Shown: one piece after another, positions 10,034 to 19,898 of the stretch
How the letters are laid out: every line of letters starts with the position of its first letter
Numbering within the stretch: the first letter of the stretch is position 1
Source of the DNA: Vicinamibacteria bacterium
GTDB lineage: Bacteria > Acidobacteriota > Vicinamibacteria > Marinacidobacterales > Marinacidobacteraceae
Assembly (NCBI GenBank): GCA_963555995.3
Contig: OY821641.1
Location: 1,888,001-1,952,000, forward strand
Reading direction: 5' to 3'
Length of the DNA stretch: 64,000 bases
Translations under genes and position numbers: made by a program
Notes under the pieces: generated by a model
Database searches by the model: none
What the model was told of the DNA's origin: nothing
The model's input: the letters and a program-made list of their open reading frames with translations, nothing else

Positions 10034-11044
10034 GTGAAGCGCTGGGTATTCCATCGGTTTGGCGCCGAAAACCTCCGCTTCGAGGACTGCCCCCCATCCC
10101 GGCCCGGGCCCGGCGAGGTCCTCGTGGGACTCGGCGCGGCGTCGCTCAACTACCGGGACCTGCTGATCCTGAAGGGCCTCTACAACCCGCGCCTCCCCCT
10201 GCCCCAGGTCCCGGTCAGCGACGGCGCGGGCGTCATCCTGGAGATCGGCGAAGGAGTCACGGAGTTCTCTCCGGGAGACCGGGTGATCACGCACCCGGTG
10301 GTCGGCTGGGAGGACGGCCGCTTCCGCCGCGAGTACTCGCGGGCCACGCTGGGCGGCCCCGGCCCGGGCATGGGGCAGGAAGCGGTCGTCGTTCCCGAGG
10401 CCGCGCTCGCCCGCGCCCCCTCCGGCTGGAGCCACGAAGAGGCGGCCGCGCTCCCGATCGCCGCCGTGACCGCCTGGAGCGCGCTCGTCACCGAGGGCCC
10501 GGTGCGGCCCGGCCAGACGGTGCTCACCCTCGGGACCGGCGGCGTCTCCATCTTCGCGCTCCAGATCGCCAAGGCGCTGGGCGCGCGGGTCATCATCACT
10601 TCGTCTTCCCACGAGAAGCTGGAGCGGGCGCGGGCGCTGGGCGCCGACGTCGGGATCCACCGGATCGAGACCCCCGCGTGGGACAAGGCCGTCCGGGAGG
10701 CCACCGGGGGCGAGGGCGCGGACCTCGTGGTCGAAAACGGCGGCGCCGGCACCCTCAACCAGTCCATCCGGGCCACCGCCGCCGGCGGGACCGTCGCGAT
10801 GCTCGGCGCCCTCACCGGACTCGAGGCCCCGGTCCAGTTCGCTCCGGTGGTGATGCGCCGGATCCGGATCGCGGGGATCATGACCGACTGCCGGCGGGCG
10901 CTCCGGGACGTGGTGGACTTCCTCGAGAAGAAGGATCTTCGGCCCGTCCTCGACAGCCACCATCCCCTCGCCGAACTCCCCGCGGCCCTCGACCGCATGG
11001 AACGGGGCGCCCATTTCGGCAAAATCATCGTCCGGATCGCCTGA
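10034..11044 (+). CDS. MDR-superfamily NAD(P)-dependent oxidoreductase (zinc-type ADH-like/quinone reductase)
   Basis: ASLNYRDL, PVSDGAG, GTGGVSIFALQ, HFGKIIV. Confidence 0.88.
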   Translation: MKRWVFHRFGAENLRFEDCPPSRPGPGEVLVGLGAASLNYRDLLILKGLYNPRLPLPQVPVSDGAGVILEIGEGVTEFSPGDRVITHPVVGWEDGRFRREYSRATLGGPGPGMGQEAVVVPEAALARAPSGWSHEEAAALPIAAVTAWSALVTEGPVRPGQTVLTLGTGGVSIFALQIAKALGARVIITSSSHEKLERARALGADVGIHRIETPAWDKAVREATGGEGADLVVENGGAGTLNQSIRATAAGGTVAMLGALTGLEAPVQFAPVVMRRIRIAGIMTDCRRALRDVVDFLEKKDLRPVLDSHHPLAELPAALDRMERGAHFGKIIVRIA

Positions 11045-11074
11045 TCACCGCCACAATTGCCGGTCCCCTCCCCC

Positions 11075-12064
11075 ATGCTCCCCAACCCGACCTTCCTGGT
11101 ACCCGGCGGCGCGGGTTTCATCGGGAGCCACTTCGTGGACCTCCTGCTCGCGCGCTACCCGGACTGCCGGATCATCACCGTGGACAAGCTGACCTACGCG
11201 GGGTCCCTCGACAACCTGGGCGCCGCGCTCGCCGATCCCCGGCACGAGTTCATCCACGGCGACATCTGCGACCCGGCCACCGTCAGGCCGCTCGCGGGCC
11301 GCGCCGACTACGTCGTCAACTTCGCCGCGGAGACCCACGTGGACCGCGCCATCACCGGCGGTGAGGTCTTCGCCCGCACCGACACCCTGGGGACGGCGGT
11401 CCTGCTGGAAGCGTTCCGCCAGTCCACACGCGGGCGGCTCTTCCTCCAGGTGTCCACCGACGAGGTGTACGGGGAGATCCTGGAGGGCCACGCCGGCGAA
11501 GAGGCGCCGCTGGCGCCCCGGAATCCCTACGCCGCCAGCAAGGCCGGCGCGGACCTCCTCGCCCTCGCCTACCGCACCACCCACGGCCTGCCGGTCGTCA
11601 TCAGCCGCGGGGCCAACACCTACGGCCCGCGCCAGCACCACGAGAAGATGGTCCCCACCTTCTTCGCCAGGGCGCTGGCCGGCGGGGAACTGCCGGTGTA
11701 CGGCGACGGCGCCCAGGTCCGGGACTGGTTCTTCGTCGCCGACCACTGCGCCGCCCTCGACCTCCTCCTGCGCTCGGGGACACCCGGGACGGTCTACAAC
11801 GTCGGCGGCGGGGACCGGCGGACCAATCTGGAGATGGCGGGAGCCATCCTGGACCTCGCCGAGCGCGCCGGCGGGCGGCGCGGCCGCATCGCCCACGTGG
11901 CGGACCGCCCCGGCCACGACCGGCGCTACAGCATGGACACCCGCCGCATTCGCCGGCTCGGCTGGACCCCCGAGACCCCCCTCGAGGACGGCCTCGCCCT
12001 GACCTGCGACTGGATCGCCGAGCACCAGGCCCAGATCGCCGCCGCCACCCCCATCCCCGCCTGA
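11075..12064 (+). CDS. rfbB: dTDP-glucose 4,6-dehydratase
   Basis: GGAGFIGSH, DKLTYAG, AAETHVDR, STDEVYG, YAASK, DRPGHDRRY. Confidence 0.92.
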   Translation: MLPNPTFLVPGGAGFIGSHFVDLLLARYPDCRIITVDKLTYAGSLDNLGAALADPRHEFIHGDICDPATVRPLAGRADYVVNFAAETHVDRAITGGEVFARTDTLGTAVLLEAFRQSTRGRLFLQVSTDEVYGEILEGHAGEEAPLAPRNPYAASKAGADLLALAYRTTHGLPVVISRGANTYGPRQHHEKMVPTFFARALAGGELPVYGDGAQVRDWFFVADHCAALDLLLRSGTPGTVYNVGGGDRRTNLEMAGAILDLAERAGGRRGRIAHVADRPGHDRRYSMDTRRIRRLGWTPETPLEDGLALTCDWIAEHQAQIAAATPIPA

Positions 12065-12097
12065 CGGCCGCGACCGCCGGTCTCCTATGATCGGCCC

Positions 12098-13330
12098 GTG
12101 CACCGGAACGCGCACGGAACCGACCCACCGCTTCCCGGCCGCCGCCGGTTCCTCGAGCGGCTGCTCGCAGGCGGACCGGCAGCGGCCCTGTCAGCCTGCG
12201 GCGACCCGAAAACCCCCACCACGCCCGCGCCTCCCCCGAAGCCCAATCCGGCGCCCCCCGCGCCGGAGTCCCCGGAGGTCGCTCCCTTCTTCAAGGACAC
12301 CGCGCCCTTCATCGAGCACGGCGGGAGCCTGGAGGCGCGCCTCGAAGACATGCCCGGCCTCATCACCCCGAACGACCTCTTCTTCGTCCGCAACAACGGC
12401 GGCAGCCTGGGGATTCGGGAAGGCGACTGGAGGCTGGTCATCGAGGGCGACGCGGCGGAGAACCCCTTGGAGCTGTCCTACGACGACGTCCGCAACCTGC
12501 CGGCGCACACGCTCACCGCGTATCTCGAATGCGCCGGGAACCACCGGGCGATGTTCGACCGGGTGCAGGGCCGGCCCGCCGAAGGCACCCAGTGGGGGAC
12601 GGGCGGCATCGGCAACGGGGTCTGGCGCGGCGCCCGCCTCGCCGACGCGCTGGAACTGGCCGGAGTCAAGCCCGCCGCGGCCTCGGTCCTCCTGATCGGC
12701 CTCGATTCCGAGGCCCCCGAAGGGGGCTTCCGGCGGGCGCTGCCCATCAACAAGGCGCTCGCCGACGTGCTCCTCGCCTACGAACTGAACGGCGAGCCGC
12801 TGCCGCGGGACCACGGCTTTCCCGTGCGCGCCCTCGTCCCCGGCTGGGTGGGGAGTTCCAGCATCAAGTGGCTCGGCAGGATCGAGGTCTCGAGCGAACC
12901 GCACTGGACGCGGAACCACACGAGCTCCTACGTCCTGATCGGAGACAGCTATCCCCCGGAAGGCCGGGCAACGGGCCAGGTCGCCACGATCCAGACAATC
13001 AAGAGCGCCCTCGCCCTCCCCTGGCCGGCGGAGCTCGGCCCCGGGACTCACACCCTGCACGGCTTCGCGCAGTCCCCCGAGGGAGCGATCGCTCGCGTCG
13101 AATGGAGCGACGACGGCGGCGCAACCTGGAACGAGGCCCGCGTCCCCGGCGTCCCGACCGAGCTGAGCTGGCGCCGCTTCGAGTTCGACTGGGCGCCCGC
13201 GCCGGGCAGCTACACCGTCATGACCAGGGCCACCGACCACACCGGCGCCACCCAGCCGGAGTCGGTTCCCTTCAACCGCAAGGGTTACCTCTTCAACCAG
13301 CCGCTCCCCCATCCGATCCGGGTCGGATAG
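12098..13330 (+). CDS. Sulfite-oxidase-family molybdoenzyme, predicted Tat lipoprotein
   Basis: RRRFL twin-arginine plus LSAC lipobox; FFVRN, LECAGN (Mo-Cys), HGFPVRALVPGWVG, KWL. Confidence 0.88.
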   Translation: MHRNAHGTDPPLPGRRRFLERLLAGGPAAALSACGDPKTPTTPAPPPKPNPAPPAPESPEVAPFFKDTAPFIEHGGSLEARLEDMPGLITPNDLFFVRNNGGSLGIREGDWRLVIEGDAAENPLELSYDDVRNLPAHTLTAYLECAGNHRAMFDRVQGRPAEGTQWGTGGIGNGVWRGARLADALELAGVKPAAASVLLIGLDSEAPEGGFRRALPINKALADVLLAYELNGEPLPRDHGFPVRALVPGWVGSSSIKWLGRIEVSSEPHWTRNHTSSYVLIGDSYPPEGRATGQVATIQTIKSALALPWPAELGPGTHTLHGFAQSPEGAIARVEWSDDGGATWNEARVPGVPTELSWRRFEFDWAPAPGSYTVMTRATDHTGATQPESVPFNRKGYLFNQPLPHPIRVG

Positions 13331-13401
13331 CCGCCGGGAACCCGCGTCGAACCGGATCGAAGCGGGACGGCCAACCGCCTCGCACACACGGAGGACGCAG
13401 G

Positions 13402-13700
13402 ATGACCCAGCCTGTCCAGACGAAGCTTCTGGAGATCTACAAGCTTCCCGCCGGGTTCGCGGACCGGTTGACGGAGCGCCGGGAGGGCGCGCACCGCCTC
13501 TTCGTGAGCCTGCTCACCGGCCTGTTCGTCGTACTGGCGGCTTCCCTCCGCTTCGGGACCGCCGGCGTGAACCCGAACGCAGTCATCGTCTGCGGCGTTG
13601 CGGGCCTGCGCCTCTCCGTCGCGTAGTTCGCGATCCTCCGTTCCTGCCAGATCCTGGCCCGCGGGAAGCTCAGGGCGCCACCCACAGGGAGAGCCCCCCT
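13402..13700 (+). pseudogene. Degenerate RipA-like small membrane protein
   Basis: GGAGG RBS; LLEIYKL...ADRLTERREGAHRLFVSLLTG pattern; in-frame TAG at 13624-13626 followed by FAILRSCQILARGKLRA; runs into a REPIN. Confidence 0.55.
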
Positions 13701-13742
13701 GATCGGGTTCTCCCGCACCCCCCACCGAGCACGACAACGGCC

Positions 13743-13900
13743 TGGAACGCCGGCTTCAGCCGGCACCCGCTGCGCGGAGCCCAGCGCACGGCACGACGCT
13801 GACCCGCGCGCTGGCGCTCGACTCGCGACCAATAGCCGCAAACGGCAGTACGGCATCCACGGGCCTTCGGCCCGCGGTGCCGGCTGAAGCCGGCATTCCC
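13743..13900. repeat. REPIN-like element
   Basis: TGGAACGCCGGCTTCAGCCGGCAC ... GTGCCGGCTGAAGCCGGCATTCC. Confidence 0.85.
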
Positions 13901-13959
13901 GGCCGGCGGCGCCATTTGCGCCGGTTGACGTCGCGCCGGAACTGCCCCGCGTTCCCGAC

Positions 13960-16521
13960 CTACTCGCCCACCAGCGCGTTGAAGAGGAGCTTGAAGGTGC
14001 CGTGGGTCTGGGCGCGGTGCTGGGTCCGGAAGCCGATCATCACGATTGTGCCCTCGCCGTGGTCCACCGACACCATGGCGGCCTTGTCGGCGATCGCCTC
14101 CTCGCCGAGGAGCCAGCCGCTCTGCAGGATGTCCCGGCCCGGGTAGGTCAGGACCCGCCGCACGTCGTCGCTGCGCGCCCCGGCAACGGTCTCGTACACC
14201 TGCCCGCCGGCGAGGTAGGCGATGAGCGCATCCTCGGGCATCCCGTAGGCGAACGGGCTGGACGTGTCCACCTTCACCTTGAGCGTGGAGCCCGGCGCCC
14301 AGAACTCGTTGCCCCACCTGCCGGCCACCGCGTCGCGGACCGGAACGTCAAACTCGTCGAGCACGAGCTGTCCCGCCTGGGCGAAGGTCACCAGGGTGCC
14401 CCCGTTCTCGACGAAGGCGTTGAGGGCCTCGACGCCCTCCTCTCCGAATCCGCTCTGGTAGTCGGGCGGGGTCTGGCCGGGGTCCTCCCGGCCGAGCATC
14501 CCCTCCTTCGAGTCCGCGGGGAGGACGATCACGTCCCAGCGCTCGTGCAGGTCGCCGGCGAGGATCTCCGGGTCGAAGAGGCTCGTGTACTCGAAGCCGA
14601 AATCGTCGAGGAGCCAGCGGGTCCAGCCCTCGTCCATGTTGCCGCCGTAGTAGCGCTGGTACATCCCGATGCGCTGCTGCGCCAGGGGCTCCGAGGTGGC
14701 CCCCGCGTCCAGAGCCGCGAAGTCCACCCCGGTCGCCTCGGCGATCTCGCCCAGCGTCGCGACGGACGTTCCCGACGCGACGATGAAGTCCCCGGGCCGC
14801 GCCCCGCGGCCGTCTCCGGTGACGCGGCTGACCGACGCGCCCGCCGCGAAGAGCATGTTGACCGCCCGGAAGGCGTCGTTCAGCGCGCCGTCCACCCGGT
14901 AGCCGTTCGGCGCCGACGCTGCGACCGCTCCCGCGGGCAGCGTCCGCTCGGTGACCACCTCGAGGTCCGCTGCCACCGGCGTCCGCGCTTCGTCCACCCG
15001 CACGCCCATGAACTCGGCGATCACGTCACCGGACATGTCGTAGGGGCGGATCGGGTCGCCGTCGCGGTTCCGGGTGTAGGAGTTGTCCGGGTAGAAGGTC
15101 CGGCCCAGGAGCCAGCGGATCACGCCCTGTTTCGGCTGGGCCATGGAGACCACCCAGCTTCCCGGTCCGTACACCCGGCCCTCGTGCGTGAAACCGGTGG
15201 GCGAATGTTCCACGGTGATCCCCTGGAGGAGGAGCTTGTCCACCATCTTGCCCATGGTCAGCGGGTCGTGCTGGCTCGCCGGCACGATGTACGCCTTCAC
15301 CTCGCCCTCGGCGCCGCGCCGGATCTGGCGGCTGGCCTTGTGCCAGGCGTTCCGGAGCACGATCTCCCGGTTGCGGGCCGCGATCTCGAGTGGGGAGAAG
15401 GTGGCGACGATCTGCCGGTCCACGATGTCGCGCACGTGCCACCAGCCGCCCGGCCAGGGGTTCGGGAAGGTGGTCTGCGCTTCGTACTCCGGGAGCTGCC
15501 GGGAGCCCCGCAACTGGTCCGGATGGACGTAGAGCGGGGTGGCGAAGCGGGCGCTGGCGGACTCGGTGAGCATCCCGGCGATGTTGTGGAAGGGGGTGAT
15601 CCAGTGGAACCCGAAGTGCCCCCAGCCGGAATAGATGGCGGAGTTCACCGTCCCCTCGAAGCCCTCTTCCTCCATGCGGTAGGCCATGTGGGCGCCGTAC
15701 CAGGACATCTCCCGCCAGACGAGCGGGTCCGCGCCCGGGCGGATGGGCTCGGCGTAGGGCGGCAGGTAGATGCGGGCGGTGTAGGCCCCCATCTGGTGGT
15801 GGTCAATGAACCCCTGGGGGATCCAGTCGCGGAACAGCAGCGTGGCCACGTATTGCGACTCGACCGTGTTCTGCATGAAGGCGTCGCGGTTGTTGTCGTG
15901 CCCGATGTAGTGGTGGTAGAGCCCCGGTTGCTGCGCCGCTTCGTATTCCGTACCCACCCAGCGGTCGTACCACTCGTTCACCAGGTCCACGCCGTCCGGA
16001 TTCATCGAGGGGACCAGGATCGAGATGGTGTTGTCGAGGATCTCGTGGATCCGGGGATCGTCGCGGGTGGCGAAACCCCAGACGATCTCCGCCGCCGCCT
16101 GGCTCGCCGCCACCTCGTTCGAGTGGAGCGCATAACCCTGGAGGAAGACCACCTTGCCGTCGGCGATGGCCTGATCCACCTCCGCCTGCGAGTGTCCGCG
16201 CGGGTCCTGGAGGACCGCGTTCATCCGCTGGTAGTCGTCGAGCCGCGCGAGGTTTTCCGGGGAGGAGACGTACAGCACGAGAAACGGACGGCCGAGCGTC
16301 GAAACGCCCACGTTCTCGACCCGGACCCGGTCGCTCTCCGCGCCGATGAGCTCGTAGTACTCGACGAGTTGGTCCCATTTGGCGAGCTTGCGGTCGGCGC
16401 CCATCCGGTGCCCAAAGAACTCCTCGGGGGTCGGGATCTGGGCGGCGGCCTGGGTGGCGAAGGCGCCGAGGACGAGGGCGCCCATGAAGGCGAGGAGGCG
16501 GGGGACGGAACTGGTAGTCAT
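13960..16521 (-). CDS. Secreted M14-family zinc carboxypeptidase (paralog of 3095-5719)
   Basis: Signal peptide from ATG 16521; HSNE, NPDG, GHDNNRD, DHHQ, MDEGWTRW. Confidence 0.85.
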   Translation of the reverse strand: MTTSSVPRLLAFMGALVLGAFATQAAAQIPTPEEFFGHRMGADRKLAKWDQLVEYYELIGAESDRVRVENVGVSTLGRPFLVLYVSSPENLARLDDYQRMNAVLQDPRGHSQAEVDQAIADGKVVFLQGYALHSNEVAASQAAAEIVWGFATRDDPRIHEILDNTISILVPSMNPDGVDLVNEWYDRWVGTEYEAAQQPGLYHHYIGHDNNRDAFMQNTVESQYVATLLFRDWIPQGFIDHHQMGAYTARIYLPPYAEPIRPGADPLVWREMSWYGAHMAYRMEEEGFEGTVNSAIYSGWGHFGFHWITPFHNIAGMLTESASARFATPLYVHPDQLRGSRQLPEYEAQTTFPNPWPGGWWHVRDIVDRQIVATFSPLEIAARNREIVLRNAWHKASRQIRRGAEGEVKAYIVPASQHDPLTMGKMVDKLLLQGITVEHSPTGFTHEGRVYGPGSWVVSMAQPKQGVIRWLLGRTFYPDNSYTRNRDGDPIRPYDMSGDVIAEFMGVRVDEARTPVAADLEVVTERTLPAGAVAASAPNGYRVDGALNDAFRAVNMLFAAGASVSRVTGDGRGARPGDFIVASGTSVATLGEIAEATGVDFAALDAGATSEPLAQQRIGMYQRYYGGNMDEGWTRWLLDDFGFEYTSLFDPEILAGDLHERWDVIVLPADSKEGMLGREDPGQTPPDYQSGFGEEGVEALNAFVENGGTLVTFAQAGQLVLDEFDVPVRDAVAGRWGNEFWAPGSTLKVKVDTSSPFAYGMPEDALIAYLAGGQVYETVAGARSDDVRRVLTYPGRDILQSGWLLGEEAIADKAAMVSVDHGEGTIVMIGFRTQHRAQTHGTFKLLFNALVGE

Positions 16522-16623
16522 GGCGGGAACGATTGGAAGGGGGTCAGGAGGAAAGAGACGGAACCGGCGGGCCGCCGGGGGGCGAAGAATACCGGCGGGG
16601 TTCCGGAGGCGGCGGAAACGGCT

Positions 16624-16798
16624 GGGAACGCCGCTCTTCAGAGCGGCATCGCCCGTCCGAAGGACGGGCGAAACTCCCGTGATCACGCTGCGGCAGGACG
16701 TAGCGCCGTCTCGTGTGACGTTGCGCCAGACCGCAAGCAGAGCTTGGGAGTTTCGTCCCCCTGCGGGGGACGGTGCCGGTCTGAAGACCGGCGCTCCC
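16624..16798. repeat. REPIN-like element with divergent REP stems
   Basis: GGGAAC-GCCGCTC-ttca-GAGCGGC and GCCGGTC-tgaa-GACCGGC-GCTCCC; inner AAACTCCC/GGGAGTTT inverted repeat. Confidence 0.75.
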
Positions 16799-16866
16799 GG
16801 CCGGCGCTCCCGGCTGGCGCTCCAGGCCGTACGCGTGACCAACAGCGTGGGCCCGGGCGCCCGCGG

Positions 16867-18030
16867 TCAGGCGATGACCAGGGTGCGCGGGTGCTGGTTG
16901 TTCTGCTCGAGGAAGGTCTGCTTGACCTCGAGTTCCTCGGCGGTGGGCTGCCGGTAGCCGTTCGCGTCGGTGGCGCGCGAGGTGACGGTGTGCTCGCCCG
17001 GCGTGGCGCCGTGCCAGTCCCAGGTGAAGAACTTCCATGAGTACTTCTCGGTCATGGCGGGGTCGAGGGTCGCGGGCTGCCACGGACCGTCGTCCACCCG
17101 CACCTCGACCGACTCGATGGGGGTGCCGTCGTGCAGTATCACCCCGAATACCCGGTGGTGGCCGTTCACCTTCGTCACCCGGGCGACGAACGACTTGAGC
17201 CGCATCTTCGTGATCGCGGTCTCGACCCACTTCATCTCGCCGTTGATCATCTCCCCCCGCAGGGTGCGGTACCAGCGCGCCTGGTACTTGCCGAGATAGG
17301 GGTCCTCCTGCACGTGGATCTCGGAGACCCACTTGACGTTCGGCGCGCCGTACCAGCCGGGGACCAGCAGCCGCAGCGGACGGCCCTGGTGGGCGGTCAG
17401 CGGCTCGCCGTTCAGGTCGTAGGCCAGCAGGGGCTCGTCCGAGAGCGCCTGGTCCCGCTCCAGGCTGCGGCCGTACTGCTGCTCCACGGTACTGGTCCGG
17501 CCCCGGAACACCACCTCTTCCTCGCCGCGGTCGGCCCCGAAGAAGACGATTTCGCGGGCGCGGTCCTGGAGGCCCGCCCGCTCGAGGACCGCCCGCAGCG
17601 GGACGCCCGTCCAGCGCCCGTTGCTCGACAGTCCGTTCAGGGGGCCCCGGTTCCCCGAGCACTCGAACCCGAACACCAGCTCCCGGCTGGGCATCGCCCG
17701 CAGATCGCTCAGCGACAGGCTCAGCGTGGAGTTCACCATCCCGGACACCTGCAGCCGGTAGGCGTCCGGATCAATCTCCGGGTGGCCGTAGTGCTGGGTC
17801 GTGAACCACTGGTCGGCGGGCGTGAGCGGCCCTTCGATATGCCGGACATCAATGATGCGGCGGTCCGGCGTCCGCGCCAGCACGATGTTCTCCGGAAGGT
17901 CGGTGAACTCGACGAGTTCCTCACCCTGCGCGAGGGCGGGAAACGCCCATCCCGGCACCCCGAAGGCCCCGAGCCCGGCCAGTGCGACACCGCCCTGGAG
18001 TACTTCGCGACGAGTCGTCTGTTTCGACAT
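16867..18030 (-). CDS. Sulfite-oxidase-family molybdopterin oxidoreductase, Tat-exported
   Basis: TRREVLQ Tat signal; FECSGN, PLRLLVPGWYG, VKW, C-terminal dimerisation domain (SRATD). Confidence 0.85.
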   Translation of the reverse strand: MSKQTTRREVLQGGVALAGLGAFGVPGWAFPALAQGEELVEFTDLPENIVLARTPDRRIIDVRHIEGPLTPADQWFTTQHYGHPEIDPDAYRLQVSGMVNSTLSLSLSDLRAMPSRELVFGFECSGNRGPLNGLSSNGRWTGVPLRAVLERAGLQDRAREIVFFGADRGEEEVVFRGRTSTVEQQYGRSLERDQALSDEPLLAYDLNGEPLTAHQGRPLRLLVPGWYGAPNVKWVSEIHVQEDPYLGKYQARWYRTLRGEMINGEMKWVETAITKMRLKSFVARVTKVNGHHRVFGVILHDGTPIESVEVRVDDGPWQPATLDPAMTEKYSWKFFTWDWHGATPGEHTVTSRATDANGYRQPTAEELEVKQTFLEQNNQHPRTLVIA

Positions 18031-18131
18031 GACTTTCTTCCCCTTCAGGACGCGGCCCCGTTGTGTTGCGACGAAACCGCCAGGTTGCCTGCTGCTTGTG
18101 GCATTCATGCTACCAGCCGCGAGCGGTCCCC

Positions 18132-19841
18132 TCACTCCCGGACGAACAGGAATCCCCGGGCCCGGCCCGCCGAGAGTTCGAATCCCCGGGCGCGGGCTTC
18201 GCCCGGGTCCGGCAGGAAGCGCACCGTTCCCCGGTCCCAGGCGTAGACCGGCGAGGGTCCCTGCGGATCCTCGAACACCGGCTCCAGCGCCCGCTCCCCA
18301 CCTGACCCCACCAGGGTGAGCCCGGGACGGGCGTCCAGCCGCACTTCGTAGCGCACGTCCAGTTCCCGGCAGCGATAGACGCCGGCGAGCTCGACCATCT
18401 CGGCGAGCGCGGGCTGCGCCGCTTCGCGCGGGTACCCGTCGATGCGGACGTAGCGGAAATCCCGCTGTCCCGGCTGGCGCAGGACGAAACCGTCCGGCCG
18501 TGGCTCCAGCCGCAGCCGGGTGTCTCCGGCGAACCCGGAGAGCTCGCCCCCGACGATGGACAGCGCGGTTTCACCGCCGCCCCGGACCAGCACGGGACCC
18601 TCGTCCTTCCGCTCGATGGCGGCGAGCGACGCCGAGGCGGCCTCCCAGAACCGTCCGGGACGGATCGGGAGTTCCGGGTCGGTCCCCGCCGGGGCGGGGT
18701 CCCGGGCCGGCGCCAGCTCGCCGGCGAGGAACAGGTCGGCCACCCGCCGCGAGAGCGCCCCCGGGTCGGCGCTGGCGGAGTTGCAGAGCACGAAGACCGC
18801 GAACGCCTGCTCCGGGAAGCGGAGCGCGTAGGTGCGGAAGCCGACGAAGCTGCCCCCGTGGGACACCGTGGGGAGTCCCCGGTACTCGCCGAGCCCCAGA
18901 CCGCCCGCGTAGTCCTGCGCCGACCCGTCGTTGAAGCGCCCCGGGGCGGTCAGCCGCCGCAGCAGGTCCGGGCCGAGGGCCGCCGGATCGAGGAACATGC
19001 GTTCCCAGTGCCGGAGTTCGTTCACCGACGTGTAGAGCCCGCCGTCCCCCACCATCTCGAGGGTGGTCATGTCCTCCTCGAACCCGCCTCCCTCCGCCTC
19101 GGGCCGGGGCCGGTACCCGGTCGCCCTTTCCGGCACGATCTCCCGGCGCCGGTCGTGGAAGTGGCTGCCCGTCATGCCCACCGGCGCGAACAGATGCTCC
19201 CCGGCGAACTGCCGCAGCGTCTGCCCGGAGACGCGGGGAATCAGCTCCGCGAGGAGCCAGTAGCCCGAGTTGGAGTAGAGGTACTCGGTCCCCGGATCGA
19301 AGTTCAGCCGCTCGAGCCGGCGGAGCGCCGCGAGCACGTCGGCGTCGGTGTAGTGGGCGTCGTCCCCGAAACCCCGGAGGGACATGACCACGAGGTAGTC
19401 GCGGATCCCGCTCGTGTGGTGCACGAGATGCCGGACCCGGACTGGGTCCGCCCAGTCCGGGAGGTCCGGGAAGTGCTTCCGGAGCGGGTCCTCGAGCGAC
19501 AGCAGCCCCTGGTCCTCGGCCACCAGCACCGCCGCCACCGTGAACTGCTTGGACACCGACGCCATCCGGAAGATGGAATCGGGGGTGAGCGGAATCCCGT
19601 AGTCGAGGTTCGCCATCCCGTAGGCGCCGCGGAACACGAACTCCCCGTTGCGGAGCGCGCCGGCCGCGCAGCCGGGGGAGTCGTCGCGGTCCCACTCGGA
19701 GAAGACGGCGTCGAGCGCCGCCGCAGAAGGCTGGGCGGTGGACGTGAAGGGGAGCGCCAGGACGAACACAAGCCAGACCAGAAAGAAGGAGCCGCGGTTC
19801 AGGAACGTCACGCGGTACACGGTGTTCTGGCTCACGTCCAT
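18132..19841 (-). CDS. Serine hydrolase, beta-lactamase/D-aminopeptidase family
   Basis: SVSK (SxxK), YSN, HGG motifs; hydrophobic signal peptide; start approximate. Confidence 0.85.
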   Translation of the reverse strand: MDVSQNTVYRVTFLNRGSFFLVWLVFVLALPFTSTAQPSAAALDAVFSEWDRDDSPGCAAGALRNGEFVFRGAYGMANLDYGIPLTPDSIFRMASVSKQFTVAAVLVAEDQGLLSLEDPLRKHFPDLPDWADPVRVRHLVHHTSGIRDYLVVMSLRGFGDDAHYTDADVLAALRRLERLNFDPGTEYLYSNSGYWLLAELIPRVSGQTLRQFAGEHLFAPVGMTGSHFHDRRREIVPERATGYRPRPEAEGGGFEEDMTTLEMVGDGGLYTSVNELRHWERMFLDPAALGPDLLRRLTAPGRFNDGSAQDYAGGLGLGEYRGLPTVSHGGSFVGFRTYALRFPEQAFAVFVLCNSASADPGALSRRVADLFLAGELAPARDPAPAGTDPELPIRPGRFWEAASASLAAIERKDEGPVLVRGGGETALSIVGGELSGFAGDTRLRLEPRPDGFVLRQPGQRDFRYVRIDGYPREAAQPALAEMVELAGVYRCRELDVRYEVRLDARPGLTLVGSGGERALEPVFEDPQGPSPVYAWDRGTVRFLPDPGEARARGFELSAGRARGFLFVRE

Positions 19842-19898
19842 GGAAGCGACCGAAGCGGCCCGGATTATCGCACCGGGCCGCCGGTAGAATCCGCGCCC

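Noticed and set aside
18132-19841. Antibiotic-resistance beta-lactamase
   Set aside because: SxxK/YSN/HGG motifs with a long C-terminal extension fit generic serine hydrolases and peptidases.
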